From IMG/VR virus record IMGVR_UViG_3300030012_001177, positions 1 through 34,454 of that record: a DNA stretch of 34,454 nt; one strand, given 5' to 3'. The DNA comes from a virus. Its lineage: Duplodnaviria > Caudoviricetes. The notes beneath the pieces are model-generated. The model saw only the letters and a list, made by a program, of their open reading frames with translations. It had not been told where the DNA came from and made no database searches. This document shows, piece after piece, positions 18,234 through 26,938 of the stretch. Both the position numbers and the translations under genes were made by a program. How positions within the stretch are numbered: the stretch's first letter is position 1; every line of letters begins with the position of its first letter.

Positions 18234-19235
18234 ATGAATAAATGGTACTCAATAGAAAATAGAGCAGATGGTAGTCCTGTTGAAATATCTATCTATGATG
18301 AGATAGGGGACTTTGGAACTTCTGCTAAAAACTTTATAGAAGAAGTAAAGAATGTAAGTGATAACGACATTACACTGAGAATCAACTCTGTTGGTGGTAG
18401 TGTTTTTGATGGTCTTGCTATTTACAACGCTTTACGTTCTCATAGAGGTTATGTAACAATTAAGATTGAAGGTTTAGCTGCATCAATTTCTACTGTTATT
18501 GCGATGGCAGGAGATAATATTGAAATGTCAGAAAACGGATTCTTTATGATACACAACCCATTTGGACAATCAGCAGGTGAGGCAGTTGATATGCGCAAGA
18601 CTGCTGATTTACTTGACAAGATAAAAGATGAAATTATCGAGATATATCAAAGAAAGACAGACTTATCATATGATGAGCTTTCTGATATGATGGATAAAGA
18701 AACTTGGCTATCAAGTCAGGAGGCTATAGAACTTGGATTTGTAAACAATATAACAGAGCCAATGAAGATAGCAGCAACATTTGACCTTTCTAAATTTACA
18801 AATGTAAACGAAAAAGAGGTAAATGATAAATTAAGTTTAACTAATAATAAAACGAAGATGACCGAAGAATTAAAAACTTGGTTCAATAGTGTTAAAGAAG
18901 AAATCTTAAACGCTGTTAAGGGAGAGGAAGTTTCATCTCCTGTTGAAGAAGTTTCTGTTATTCTTTCTGACAATGAAGCTGTGGTAAACAAGTTCGAGGA
19001 GCTTGAAGAAAATGCTGTATCTTTAAGAGAAGAAAAAGAAGAATTGGCTAATCTTGTTGGGGAAAAAGAAAGTACAATCACTGACTTAACTAACAAGATT
19101 TCTGAGATGGAAGCTAAATTAGCAAAATTAGAAGCTACTGAAACAAGCGTAGAGGCTGACACAGACCCTGCAATCAACGAAAGTGATGTTGTGGTAAATG
19201 AGTGGGATTCTTTCGCTAAATCATTATTAAAATAA
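18234..19235 (+). CDS. ClpP-like (S14) prohead protease with C-terminal scaffold-like coiled coil
   Basis: INSVGGSVFDG, GLAASIS (catalytic Ser), MIHNP, ETWLS..EA..LGF; acidic coiled-coil C-terminus; ATG 18234. Confidence 0.92.
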   Translation: MNKWYSIENRADGSPVEISIYDEIGDFGTSAKNFIEEVKNVSDNDITLRINSVGGSVFDGLAIYNALRSHRGYVTIKIEGLAASISTVIAMAGDNIEMSENGFFMIHNPFGQSAGEAVDMRKTADLLDKIKDEIIEIYQRKTDLSYDELSDMMDKETWLSSQEAIELGFVNNITEPMKIAATFDLSKFTNVNEKEVNDKLSLTNNKTKMTEELKTWFNSVKEEILNAVKGEEVSSPVEEVSVILSDNEAVVNKFEELEENAVSLREEKEELANLVGEKESTITDLTNKISEMEAKLAKLEATETSVEADTDPAINESDVVVNEWDSFAKSLLK

Positions 19236-19259
19236 TAATTAAATAAAAATTAGAAAATT

Positions 19260-20279
19260 ATGGCGACTTTAACAAGTGCAAATTTACCTACAGTAAATAA
19301 ATATGATGTAAGTAAATCAATTATTGAGCCTCTATTTATGGGGCAAGACTATATGTCTTATATGGATGTAATGCCTAATGTAGCAGGAACTATCGTTATA
19401 GATAAGTTCAAGCAATTAGGTGGAATTACAGGAGCTCTTGCTCCTCTTGGGACTTTCTCAGGAGCAGCAGGTGAAATAGGTGATACTGTAACAATAACTC
19501 CTGTTCGTAGAGAAGCAGAGGTTGCGTTTGCAGGTAACTCTTTATACAACAAAATCAAAGGTCAGCTTATGAGAGCAGGTCACGAATTTGATAATGTTGA
19601 TGGAACTGTTGTAAAAAATATTTTATTAGACCTTATCGGACAAGGCGTTAAGTCTGACTTCAACAAGCAGTTGTGGTTATCTAGCGCTGCAGGTGGTACA
19701 GGTGGTTTTGACCAATATGATGGTTTATTTGATGCAGCTTTCAATGTAACTGCAAACAAAATTAACCGTTCAGATTTAGCTACTGAGCAACCATCTGATG
19801 CAGCTTTAGTTGCAGGTCGTGGTTTAGATATTTTGAAGGGATTGTATGATGCTGCTTCTCCTGAATTATTAGAAGCAGGAAATCACGCATACTTTGTATC
19901 AGGTGACATCGCTGATGACTATATGGCTACAACTTTAGAATCTTCTAATTTTGCTGCTGCAGGTTACGGAGCTATGGTTAATGGTGTTCCTCAGCTTACT
20001 TATAGAGGTATTCCTCTAATCGTTCGTAGAGATTGGGATGTGGCTATCGCTTCTAATGTTGCAAACATTAACGGTGCTACTAACGCTGCTGAAACTCACA
20101 GAGCTATGTTAACTACTAAAGATGCTTTTGTTGTTGCAACTGACTTCAACGAAAACTCTGTAGAGCAGTGGTATTCTAACGATAACAAAGAGTATCGTTT
20201 TAGAGTAGCTTACTCTATAGGTGTAGCTTTGAAAGATGCTAAATTAGCTGCTTACTATACGCCTGATAACATGGCATAA
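19260..20279 (+). CDS. Major capsid protein (HK97 fold)
   Basis: 339 aa after the protease; FDQYDG.F, L.YRGIP.; codon usage suggesting high expression; followed by terminator. Confidence 0.85.
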   Translation: MATLTSANLPTVNKYDVSKSIIEPLFMGQDYMSYMDVMPNVAGTIVIDKFKQLGGITGALAPLGTFSGAAGEIGDTVTITPVRREAEVAFAGNSLYNKIKGQLMRAGHEFDNVDGTVVKNILLDLIGQGVKSDFNKQLWLSSAAGGTGGFDQYDGLFDAAFNVTANKINRSDLATEQPSDAALVAGRGLDILKGLYDAASPELLEAGNHAYFVSGDIADDYMATTLESSNFAAAGYGAMVNGVPQLTYRGIPLIVRRDWDVAIASNVANINGATNAAETHRAMLTTKDAFVVATDFNENSVEQWYSNDNKEYRFRVAYSIGVALKDAKLAAYYTPDNMA

Positions 20280-20285
20280 TAATTT

Positions 20286-20315
20286 AGGGGGATGAAATAC
20301 TCCCCCTTATATTTT
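20286..20315 (+). terminator. Rho-independent terminator/attenuator after capsid gene
   Basis: AGGGGGA-N8-TCCCCCT followed by TATATTTT. Confidence 0.7.
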
Positions 20316-20336
20316 AACTTTTAAAAAAATAATAAA

Positions 20337-20897
20337 ATGGCAATAGAAAAAATTAGCGTTGTTCACTCCGACTTAGAAAGGAGAGGTGGTCTTAAGCACT
20401 TAGGTGTTTGCTTGTTTTCTGATATTACTTCAGTAGCTTTTGACTCTGCTGCAAATCACACAATATCTACTATAACGGAATCAAATGTTAAGTTATTTGA
20501 ACTTAAGCAAGGTACAGGCTCACTAACTAGCACAGGAACAAAAGAGGGTGGAACAATTTTATTTGAACACACTATCTCTGCTTATATACCAAATATGTCT
20601 GATGCACATATGTCTGCTATTGATGTTTTAAGTAATGAAAACTTAGTTGTTTTTGCTACTGACTTCAATGATGTAACTTATGTTGTTGGTCTTTCAAACA
20701 AATACTCTCTTACAGGAGATATTGCAAACGACCAAATGTATGCTAGACTATCAGGTGTTGAAGCTGCAACAGGTGCTGCTTTGGGAGATGAGAACGGAGT
20801 AACATTAACATTTACAGCTACTTCAGGTGAGTTACCATACTTACTTACTCCTGCTGTAACTATTGATGCTTCTGACGGTTCATACTCAATAGCATAA
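20337..20897 (+). CDS. Major tail tube protein
   Basis: GGLK...FELKQGTGS...FEHTI...GAALGDENG.TLTF pattern of Bacteroidota siphophage tail tubes. Confidence 0.7.
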   Translation: MAIEKISVVHSDLERRGGLKHLGVCLFSDITSVAFDSAANHTISTITESNVKLFELKQGTGSLTSTGTKEGGTILFEHTISAYIPNMSDAHMSAIDVLSNENLVVFATDFNDVTYVVGLSNKYSLTGDIANDQMYARLSGVEAATGAALGDENGVTLTFTATSGELPYLLTPAVTIDASDGSYSIA

Positions 20898-20904
20898 TTA
20901 ACTT

Positions 20905-20945
20905 AAAAAGAATGGATTGGGGAGTTTCCCCTTTCCTTCTTTTTT
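20905..20945 (+). terminator. Rho-independent terminator
   Basis: AAAAAGAA..GGA..GGGGA-GTT-TCCCC..TCC.TTCTTTTTT imperfect hairpin with T-tract. Confidence 0.65.
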
Positions 20946-20959
20946 ATTATATTCGCAAT

Positions 20960-21163
20960 ATGTATAAAGCAAAGATTAAAAAAGGCGAAGCTCGTTTCAG
21001 TAATATGAAAGGGTTTATGTGGGCGGAAGCTACACAGGAAGAACTTAAGAAAGCCTATGAGCTTGGACACACGAAAAACATAGAATTTGAAGAAGATGCA
21101 AAACCAAAGAAAACCAAGTCAAAAGCAAAAAAGGTCAAAGATTCAGAAATCTCAGATAACTAG
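20960..21163 (+). CDS. Small hypothetical protein (possible capsid-associated)
   Basis: Likely start ATG 20960 (MYKAKIKKG..ATQEELK..Y..G); the upstream extension runs through the terminator. Confidence 0.65.
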   Translation: MYKAKIKKGEARFSNMKGFMWAEATQEELKKAYELGHTKNIEFEEDAKPKKTKSKAKKVKDSEISDN

Positions 21164-22388
21164 CAACTTTAATACTAAGTATGCTTTTGTAAACCTATCT
21201 ACGCCTGAAGTAAATACAGAGGTAAAAGACTTGGATAGATTAAGAGATGATTGGATTCCATTTGGTGCAGACAATCTTTTCCCACAATATTTAGCAGAGC
21301 TAAAAAGACAATCTTCAACACATCGTTCTGTATTAGCACAGAAAACAACTTTCACAACAGGTGGAGGTTTTTTGTCTGATAATAAAGAGCTTGTAGATTT
21401 TATATCTGACGTAAATGCAAACGGAGAGAGTTTAAAAGACTGCTTTAAGAAATTAGCTGATGATTATTTTACTTATGGAAACGCTTATCTTGAGGGAGTT
21501 ATATATGATGGTGGTGTTAACTTTTATCATAAAGACGCTTCGACTGCGAGATTAGGCAAAAACAAAAAGCACGTTTACTTTCACCCTGATTGGACTGATT
21601 ATAGAAAGAATAAAGATAAAACTCAAAGAATACCAATATATCCTAATGTATCTAACAGTAGATTTATAATACATTACAAGGACTATGAAAGTACGTTTAG
21701 CTTTTATGGTTTGCCTGATTATGTAGCTGCTTTGGAGCATATTGCAATAGATTATGAAATAGGAAAGTTTAACCACACAAACTTTAAAAATGGATTTAGT
21801 CCTTCTGCTATTGTTACTGTTAATGGCGATTTTGGAGAGGCAGAAGCAGAGAAATTTGTAGAGGCTGCTAAAGACACACTAACAGGAAGTGGAAACAATT
21901 CAAAAATATTATTCCTTGTAAAGAATGGAGATGACAGTAGAGGTACTGACGTTCAAATCATTAACAACAAAGAAGATGGTGATTTTTTAGATTTACAGAA
22001 GCTCACCGACCAAAACATTATAACTGCTCACAGATGGCAACCTGCTTTGAGTGGTATAATTTCATCAGGTAAGATGAATAACACAGGTAGTGAGATTAGA
22101 ATAGCTTACGACCTTGCTATGAGTACAGTAATTAGAGATACAACAAACATACTTTTAGACCCCATAAAGAGAGTTATATCAAATGAGATGGGAATAGATA
22201 CTGAAGACTTAACGGTTGCTTACGAGCCACCTATTTCATTCCTTTCTGATATAGACCCCAAGCAGGTTCTTACAATTAACGAGCAAAGAGCTATGCTTAA
22301 CAAAGACCTTCCTGATATTGCAGATGGAGAGCTTTTAATTTCTGATAGACAAACAATTAGGGTAGAACGACAAAACAAAAATTTATAA
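21087..22388 (+). CDS. Portal protein
   Basis: WIPFGADNLFPQYL, S.THR, FYGLPDY, NGFSPS, TGSGN, I..AHR motifs; start is TTG 21087 or ATG 21096. Confidence 0.88.
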   Translation: MKKMQNQRKPSQKQKRSKIQKSQITSNFNTKYAFVNLSTPEVNTEVKDLDRLRDDWIPFGADNLFPQYLAELKRQSSTHRSVLAQKTTFTTGGGFLSDNKELVDFISDVNANGESLKDCFKKLADDYFTYGNAYLEGVIYDGGVNFYHKDASTARLGKNKKHVYFHPDWTDYRKNKDKTQRIPIYPNVSNSRFIIHYKDYESTFSFYGLPDYVAALEHIAIDYEIGKFNHTNFKNGFSPSAIVTVNGDFGEAEAEKFVEAAKDTLTGSGNNSKILFLVKNGDDSRGTDVQIINNKEDGDFLDLQKLTDQNIITAHRWQPALSGIISSGKMNNTGSEIRIAYDLAMSTVIRDTTNILLDPIKRVISNEMGIDTEDLTVAYEPPISFLSDIDPKQVLTINEQRAMLNKDLPDIADGELLISDRQTIRVERQNKNL

Positions 22389-22921
22389 TGGCAAACGTAA
22401 GACAATACAATAATCTAATAACAGCTTCAGAGGTTGTAACAAAATCATTCACAAACCAAGCTACTGATTTAGCTTTGATAAGTGATGAGATTATTACTAT
22501 TGCAGAACTTGCACACATTAAGCCTATGTTGGGTTTGGATATGTACGAGGAGTTGAAAACTCAAAACCATAACAGTACACTAACTACTCCTAACGCCACG
22601 CTTATAAACGACTACCTTAAGGCTGCACTAGCTTGGTATGTTAGGTTTGAGGTTATGAATGAGATACAGTTTAACACAACCTCAGCAGGTCTTGTTATAA
22701 ACAGCTCTGAGTTTAGTAGTGCTGCTAGTGCAGAGCAGTTTAATCAAATGAAATCTGATACGTTTAGAAAGGCTCAGGTTTTGAGTGATGATATGATGGC
22801 TTACATAATGCACGATGACCAAAACAATCAATATCCTTTGTTTGGTCAAGATGGAGATATGTCTATGCCTGATTTAGATGGCGATATGGCTAAAAAAATG
22901 AACGGAATAATATTTTACTAA
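22388..22921 (+). CDS. Head-tail adaptor protein
   Basis: AE..HIKP.LG..MYE.L...Y.K.AL.W directly after the portal. Confidence 0.7.
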   Translation: MANVRQYNNLITASEVVTKSFTNQATDLALISDEIITIAELAHIKPMLGLDMYEELKTQNHNSTLTTPNATLINDYLKAALAWYVRFEVMNEIQFNTTSAGLVINSSEFSSAASAEQFNQMKSDTFRKAQVLSDDMMAYIMHDDQNNQYPLFGQDGDMSMPDLDGDMAKKMNGIIFY

Positions 22922-23991
22922 TGGCAACAAATTTTCCAAAGAAAGGAGATGATAAAAAGATTTCTTTGCGTAACAGCGAGGAAAAGCAGTTCAGTTATGA
23001 GTTTGCTAAAAATCTAAAAGAGCAACAGCCTAAAATATGGAAGGCAGGAGGCAACATTAGAGGTAACGAAGCTTTTATGCTTTGGGGTAGAGCAAGAAAT
23101 GGAGAAGATACTGAAGCTATAAGAGCTTGGATAAAAGAAAGGGAAAGTTGGGCGAAAAGACATTTTAGAGATGGTCAAAAATTTAAAGGAGATACAGAGC
23201 CAAATCTTAGTAACGTGGCAGGTGTTGTTGCGCAAATTAAATGGGGTGTTATTGGAAATCTTGGAGAAAGAGGTATGAAAGATGTTATACTTGAATTAAC
23301 TAAAAAGTTAGAGGGAAGAAAAGATAATATGAAAAATAATATAGATCACGACTTACACATAGAGTTTGATCAAGACATGATGAGAGAGCTACACGAAAAA
23401 GGTGAGCTTGAAATGACAACTGATGAAATGGGTGATCCAATAGTAATCAAGTTTATGTATGATGCTAAAAAAACTAATGAGCCTATGAATGTAAGTCCAA
23501 CAGTTAAGAAAGGCTTAGAAGCTAAAGTTGAGGAACACAATGAAGAAGTAAAAGACCTTAAGGTTGATTGGAATCCAAGAGTTACTTATGCTAAGCTAGA
23601 AAAAGTATTTGACAGGGGTATCGGTGCTTATCGCACAAATCGAGAGTCGGTTAGGCCGAATGTAAAATCTGAGGAGCAGTGGGCGTATGCTCGTGTAAAT
23701 TCTTTTATGTTTGTTATGCGTAAGGGAAGGTTTCAGGGTGGTATTCACGACACGGATTTACTTCCAAAGAATCACCCTGTAAAGGATAAAATGAAAGATA
23801 CGGAAAACGCAAGGAAAAATCCTAACTGTCCTGATGGCTACGAACATCAAATGCCTGATGGCTCTTGGATGTGTGGCAAAGAACACGGTGGTGGCGGCTA
23901 CAATGTAAATGAAGAAGAATTAGTAAACTTCTTAAATATTCTTCAAGAAGAATTGATAACTGAAATAAAATTAATTAAAAAAAATAAATAA
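22921..23991 (+). CDS. Multidomain head-associated protein of unknown function
   Basis: WKAGGNIRGN/KWGVIG domain, RGIGAY..N..SVRP..QWA.ARVNSF domain and His/Met/Cys motif HQMPDGSWMCGKEH. Confidence 0.6.
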   Translation: MATNFPKKGDDKKISLRNSEEKQFSYEFAKNLKEQQPKIWKAGGNIRGNEAFMLWGRARNGEDTEAIRAWIKERESWAKRHFRDGQKFKGDTEPNLSNVAGVVAQIKWGVIGNLGERGMKDVILELTKKLEGRKDNMKNNIDHDLHIEFDQDMMRELHEKGELEMTTDEMGDPIVIKFMYDAKKTNEPMNVSPTVKKGLEAKVEEHNEEVKDLKVDWNPRVTYAKLEKVFDRGIGAYRTNRESVRPNVKSEEQWAYARVNSFMFVMRKGRFQGGIHDTDLLPKNHPVKDKMKDTENARKNPNCPDGYEHQMPDGSWMCGKEHGGGGYNVNEEELVNFLNILQEELITEIKLIKKNK

Positions 23992-23992
23992 A

Positions 23993-24268
23993 ATGGCTTA
24001 CGAATTTTTAGATGACAATATTGCTTTAATGAGAATGTTGGGTGAGTGTCAAACCATTCAGGTTATTAGTGATACTGCTGCTCATACAAGCAAAGACTTT
24101 TACTGCATTTATTGCGTTACTGAAACTGTTGTTTCTTCAATAACTTGCGATAGTGAGGTTACAAATGCAGCAGGTTTACAAACAACACTTCCTGCAGGAA
24201 CATTGTTAATGCTTAATATTACAGCAATAACACTTACAAGTGGAGTAGTAATAGGATATAACAGATAA
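23993..24268 (+). CDS. Small virion structural protein
   Basis: Beta-rich; TLPAGT...TAITLTSG.VIGY. Confidence 0.55.
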   Translation: MAYEFLDDNIALMRMLGECQTIQVISDTAAHTSKDFYCIYCVTETVVSSITCDSEVTNAAGLQTTLPAGTLLMLNITAITLTSGVVIGYNR

Positions 24269-24272
24269 TAAT

Positions 24273-24737
24273 ATGGCAAGTACAGTAACAAATGCAACAC
24301 TAGAAGTTTCTATTTCAGAAGCGTTGACATTGAGTGGAACTCAGTATGGCGGAACAAAAACACTAACTATTTCAGATATAAATGAGGTTTTTAAAAGAAT
24401 AGTAAAGTGTGTAAACAGTCAAACTACTACTATTGCTACATTTAACGGAAACGCCTTTGCATCAGATAATGCTATTGATGTAGAAGATGCAAAGTATATT
24501 AGAGTTACAAATCTTGATGACACAAACTCTATTGAGTTGGCTGTTGTTGGTGCTGCCACTCTTTATCAGGTTAGGTTGGCAGCAGGAGAATCTCATATGT
24601 TAGGCTCTCCTGACGACTTAATGCTTTCAGAAGCAGATACAACTCCTAGCTTTGGAACAATGGCTGACATAGCTAGTATTCAAATAAATCCTGCATCAAA
24701 TGATGTAGATGTAGAAATATTTATAGCTTCAGCATAA
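24273..24737 (+). CDS. Virion structural protein
   Basis: Thr/Ser/Ala-rich beta protein, KYIRVTNLDDTN. Confidence 0.55.
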   Translation: MASTVTNATLEVSISEALTLSGTQYGGTKTLTISDINEVFKRIVKCVNSQTTTIATFNGNAFASDNAIDVEDAKYIRVTNLDDTNSIELAVVGAATLYQVRLAAGESHMLGSPDDLMLSEADTTPSFGTMADIASIQINPASNDVDVEIFIASA

Positions 24738-24738
24738 T

Positions 24739-25344
24739 ATGGCAAGTAACGAACATAGTGGTTTAGATAACAGTCAGCTTCACGTTCCAAAGGACTTTAG
24801 CACAGCTTCTGCAAATACTGTCTTAACAAAAGACGGTAATAATAATTTAACTTGGGCAGACGACAATCTTAGAAGAAGTCAGCAATTTAGAGTTACAGGA
24901 TTTTTTAGTAAATCTGACACTAATGAGTATGCACCAACTTATGCTGCAAACGCAACGCACCTTTGGGACACAGCAGTTACCAATCCTACTTCTGATGCAC
25001 AAGATGCTGTTGCACAAGCTCAGTTATACTGCACTAGAGCAGGTTATGTAAGTGGGTTTGTTGGTCTTGTAGCAGCAACAAGTAGTAGAACTGTTAACTT
25101 TAAGGTTTACAAAGGAACGCCTACAGATGCTAGTTCAACAGGATTTGCACTAACTCAATTAGGCGATACTGCTTCTGAGGTTGGTGGTGGATCAGCTAAT
25201 GTTGATGTTTTTGAAGTAGGCTCTTTGAGTTCTTCTTCTACATTCTCAGCAGGAGATGTCATTATAATTACTATATCTGCAGGTGCTGCAGCAGCAACAA
25301 CAGCAAGGTTTAACGCTACATTAGAAGTAGTATATACAGGATAA
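24739..25344 (+). CDS. Putative fibre/decoration protein
   Basis: N-terminal H..L....LH.PK....A....VLT.DG....W attachment-like motif; beta-rich C-terminus. Confidence 0.55.
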   Translation: MASNEHSGLDNSQLHVPKDFSTASANTVLTKDGNNNLTWADDNLRRSQQFRVTGFFSKSDTNEYAPTYAANATHLWDTAVTNPTSDAQDAVAQAQLYCTRAGYVSGFVGLVAATSSRTVNFKVYKGTPTDASSTGFALTQLGDTASEVGGGSANVDVFEVGSLSSSSTFSAGDVIIITISAGAAAATTARFNATLEVVYTG

Positions 25345-25345
25345 T

Positions 25346-26047
25346 ATGTTAGGACTTAGTTATAGATTATCATTAAAAGCAAACGCATCAGGCGTTTTTC
25401 AATGCACAGACATCACAGGACTTCAACTTTGGTTTAGAAGGCAGTCTTTTATAACTCACGATACTGATGGTGTTTCAAAGTGGGAGGATATTAGTGGCAA
25501 CAATAATGATGCAACTCAATCAGACAATGCAAAAAAACCTAGATATAGTGGTGCATTAACAGTTGATTTTGAGGGTCATAATACATTAACTTTAGGTTCT
25601 CAAATAAATTTAGGTGCTTTTACAATAATTATGGCTATAGATCCTGCTGAAACAGCAACCTTGAGTAATGAAGCTCCTTTAGGAAAAGGTGGTAATGACC
25701 AAATAAAAATGTATAGGGGTGCAGCTAATAACAGAATAGCATTAAAAGCTAATGGAGTTCAGTCTGACATAAATCCTATGGGAACAACATTCCCTACCTC
25801 ACAATTCCTACTTACCTGTGTTAGAGAGGCAGGTGGAAGATTTAAGGTAAGAATAAATAAGTCAGAAGTGGGTGCTGTTGTAACAGATGTAACAGACCTT
25901 TTTGATATAACTCAAATTGGTAGTGGAGATATTACAACCACAGAATTTAACGGTGCAATAAATGAAATTGCTGTTTGGGATAGAGAGATTAACTCAACAG
26001 ATTTAAGTAATGCAGAAAATAACATAAGCGATAGAAACGGAATATAA
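25346..26047 (+). CDS. LamG/ConA-like domain virion protein
   Basis: LQLWF...VSKWEDISGNNN.ATQS...FNGAINEIAVWD. Confidence 0.7.
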   Translation: MLGLSYRLSLKANASGVFQCTDITGLQLWFRRQSFITHDTDGVSKWEDISGNNNDATQSDNAKKPRYSGALTVDFEGHNTLTLGSQINLGAFTIIMAIDPAETATLSNEAPLGKGGNDQIKMYRGAANNRIALKANGVQSDINPMGTTFPTSQFLLTCVREAGGRFKVRINKSEVGAVVTDVTDLFDITQIGSGDITTTEFNGAINEIAVWDREINSTDLSNAENNISDRNGI

Positions 26048-26049
26048 AA

Positions 26050-26301
26050 ATGGCAAGATCAACAGCAGCACAAGAGATAGCACTTATGAAACAAAGAATG
26101 GACTCTATGGAGGATAAGCTAGATAATATGGATAAGAAGTTAGATATGCTTACTAAGCAGCTTCTTGACCCTGATAAAGGTGTTGTTGCTAGAGTGAATA
26201 AAAACACTTCTGCTAGATTGAATATGCAAAAGGCTTTATGGGGTTTGTGGACTATCGTTGTTGGTTCTTTGGTTGCTTATTTTTTTACTAGAAATGGCTA
26301 A
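26050..26301 (+). CDS. Coiled-coil protein with C-terminal TM helix (XhlA/holin-like)
   Basis: Heptads MEDKLDNMDKKLD; ALWGLWTIVVGSLVAYFF. Confidence 0.6.
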   Translation: MARSTAAQEIALMKQRMDSMEDKLDNMDKKLDMLTKQLLDPDKGVVARVNKNTSARLNMQKALWGLWTIVVGSLVAYFFTRNG

Positions 26302-26425
26302 AGGAATATCGTTTACATACAGAAAGAAATCCAAAGTAAAGAGAAAGGGAATACATTCAAAGAATAAAAGCAGAACCAAAGGAACTGCTCAATATAAAAA
26401 ACCTTACAACTCTCAAGGAAAATGA
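26294..26425 (+). CDS. 43-aa highly basic peptide (not in ORF track)
   Basis: MAKGISFTYRKKSKVKRKGIHSKNKSRTKGTAQYKKPYNSQGK; fills the gap exactly, with ATGA coupling to 26422. Confidence 0.75.
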   Translation: MAKGISFTYRKKSKVKRKGIHSKNKSRTKGTAQYKKPYNSQGK

Positions 26426-26649
26426 TACAAAAAGACTTAACATTATCGGTTGGAAATATTATTTGGATAATTGGTATTATATTTACAATGGGAATAGCTT
26501 ATAGTCAAATAGCTCAACTTGATGAAGATATTATTGTATTGGAGAATAGGTTAGAAAAAAAGATTAAGATAATAAACGAGTGTGAAGATAAGATACACGA
26601 TTTAGAAAAAGAGTTAGCTAAAATTAACACTTGTAAACATAAGAGATAA
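26422..26649 (+). CDS. N-terminal TM plus coiled-coil protein (lysis cassette)
   Basis: IIWIIGIIFTMGIAY followed by heptads. Confidence 0.65.
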   Translation: MIQKDLTLSVGNIIWIIGIIFTMGIAYSQIAQLDEDIIVLENRLEKKIKIINECEDKIHDLEKELAKINTCKHKR

Positions 26650-26858
26650 TGGAGCAGGTATTACAGTTGATAGAAGGATATGGTTTGCCTTTGGTTTTAT
26701 TACTAGGTGCGTTATATGCTCTATATCGTTTCCTAGTTTTTTCTCTTTATGAGGTGAAAAACCAATTTTCACGTCATCACGAAAGAGCAGCAGAAAACAT
26801 TGAGGAAATGAAGAAAAAAATAGATATAATTTTAGAATTTATAAAACAAAAAAAATGA
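26649..26858 (+). CDS. Putative BhlA-like holin
   Basis: YGLPLVLLLGALYALYRFLVF TM helix plus short coiled coil. Confidence 0.55.
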   Translation: MEQVLQLIEGYGLPLVLLLGALYALYRFLVFSLYEVKNQFSRHHERAAENIEEMKKKIDIILEFIKQKK

Positions 26859-26938
26859 AAGATTTAGTTTGTAAAATAGTATATTATTTGACTTTTAAAA
26901 AAGTTTGTTTAGGCTCTTGTAAATATTGTGAAAAATAA
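26855..26938 (+). CDS. 27-aa Cys-rich peptide (not in ORF track)
   Basis: MKDLVCKIVYYLTFKKVCLGSCKYCEK; ATGA overlap upstream and TAATG overlap downstream. Confidence 0.7.
   Translation: MKDLVCKIVYYLTFKKVCLGSCKYCEK

Noticed and set aside
6824-26047. Diversity-generating retroelement acting on lectin domains
   Set aside because: No reverse transcriptase and no template/variable repeat pair noticed
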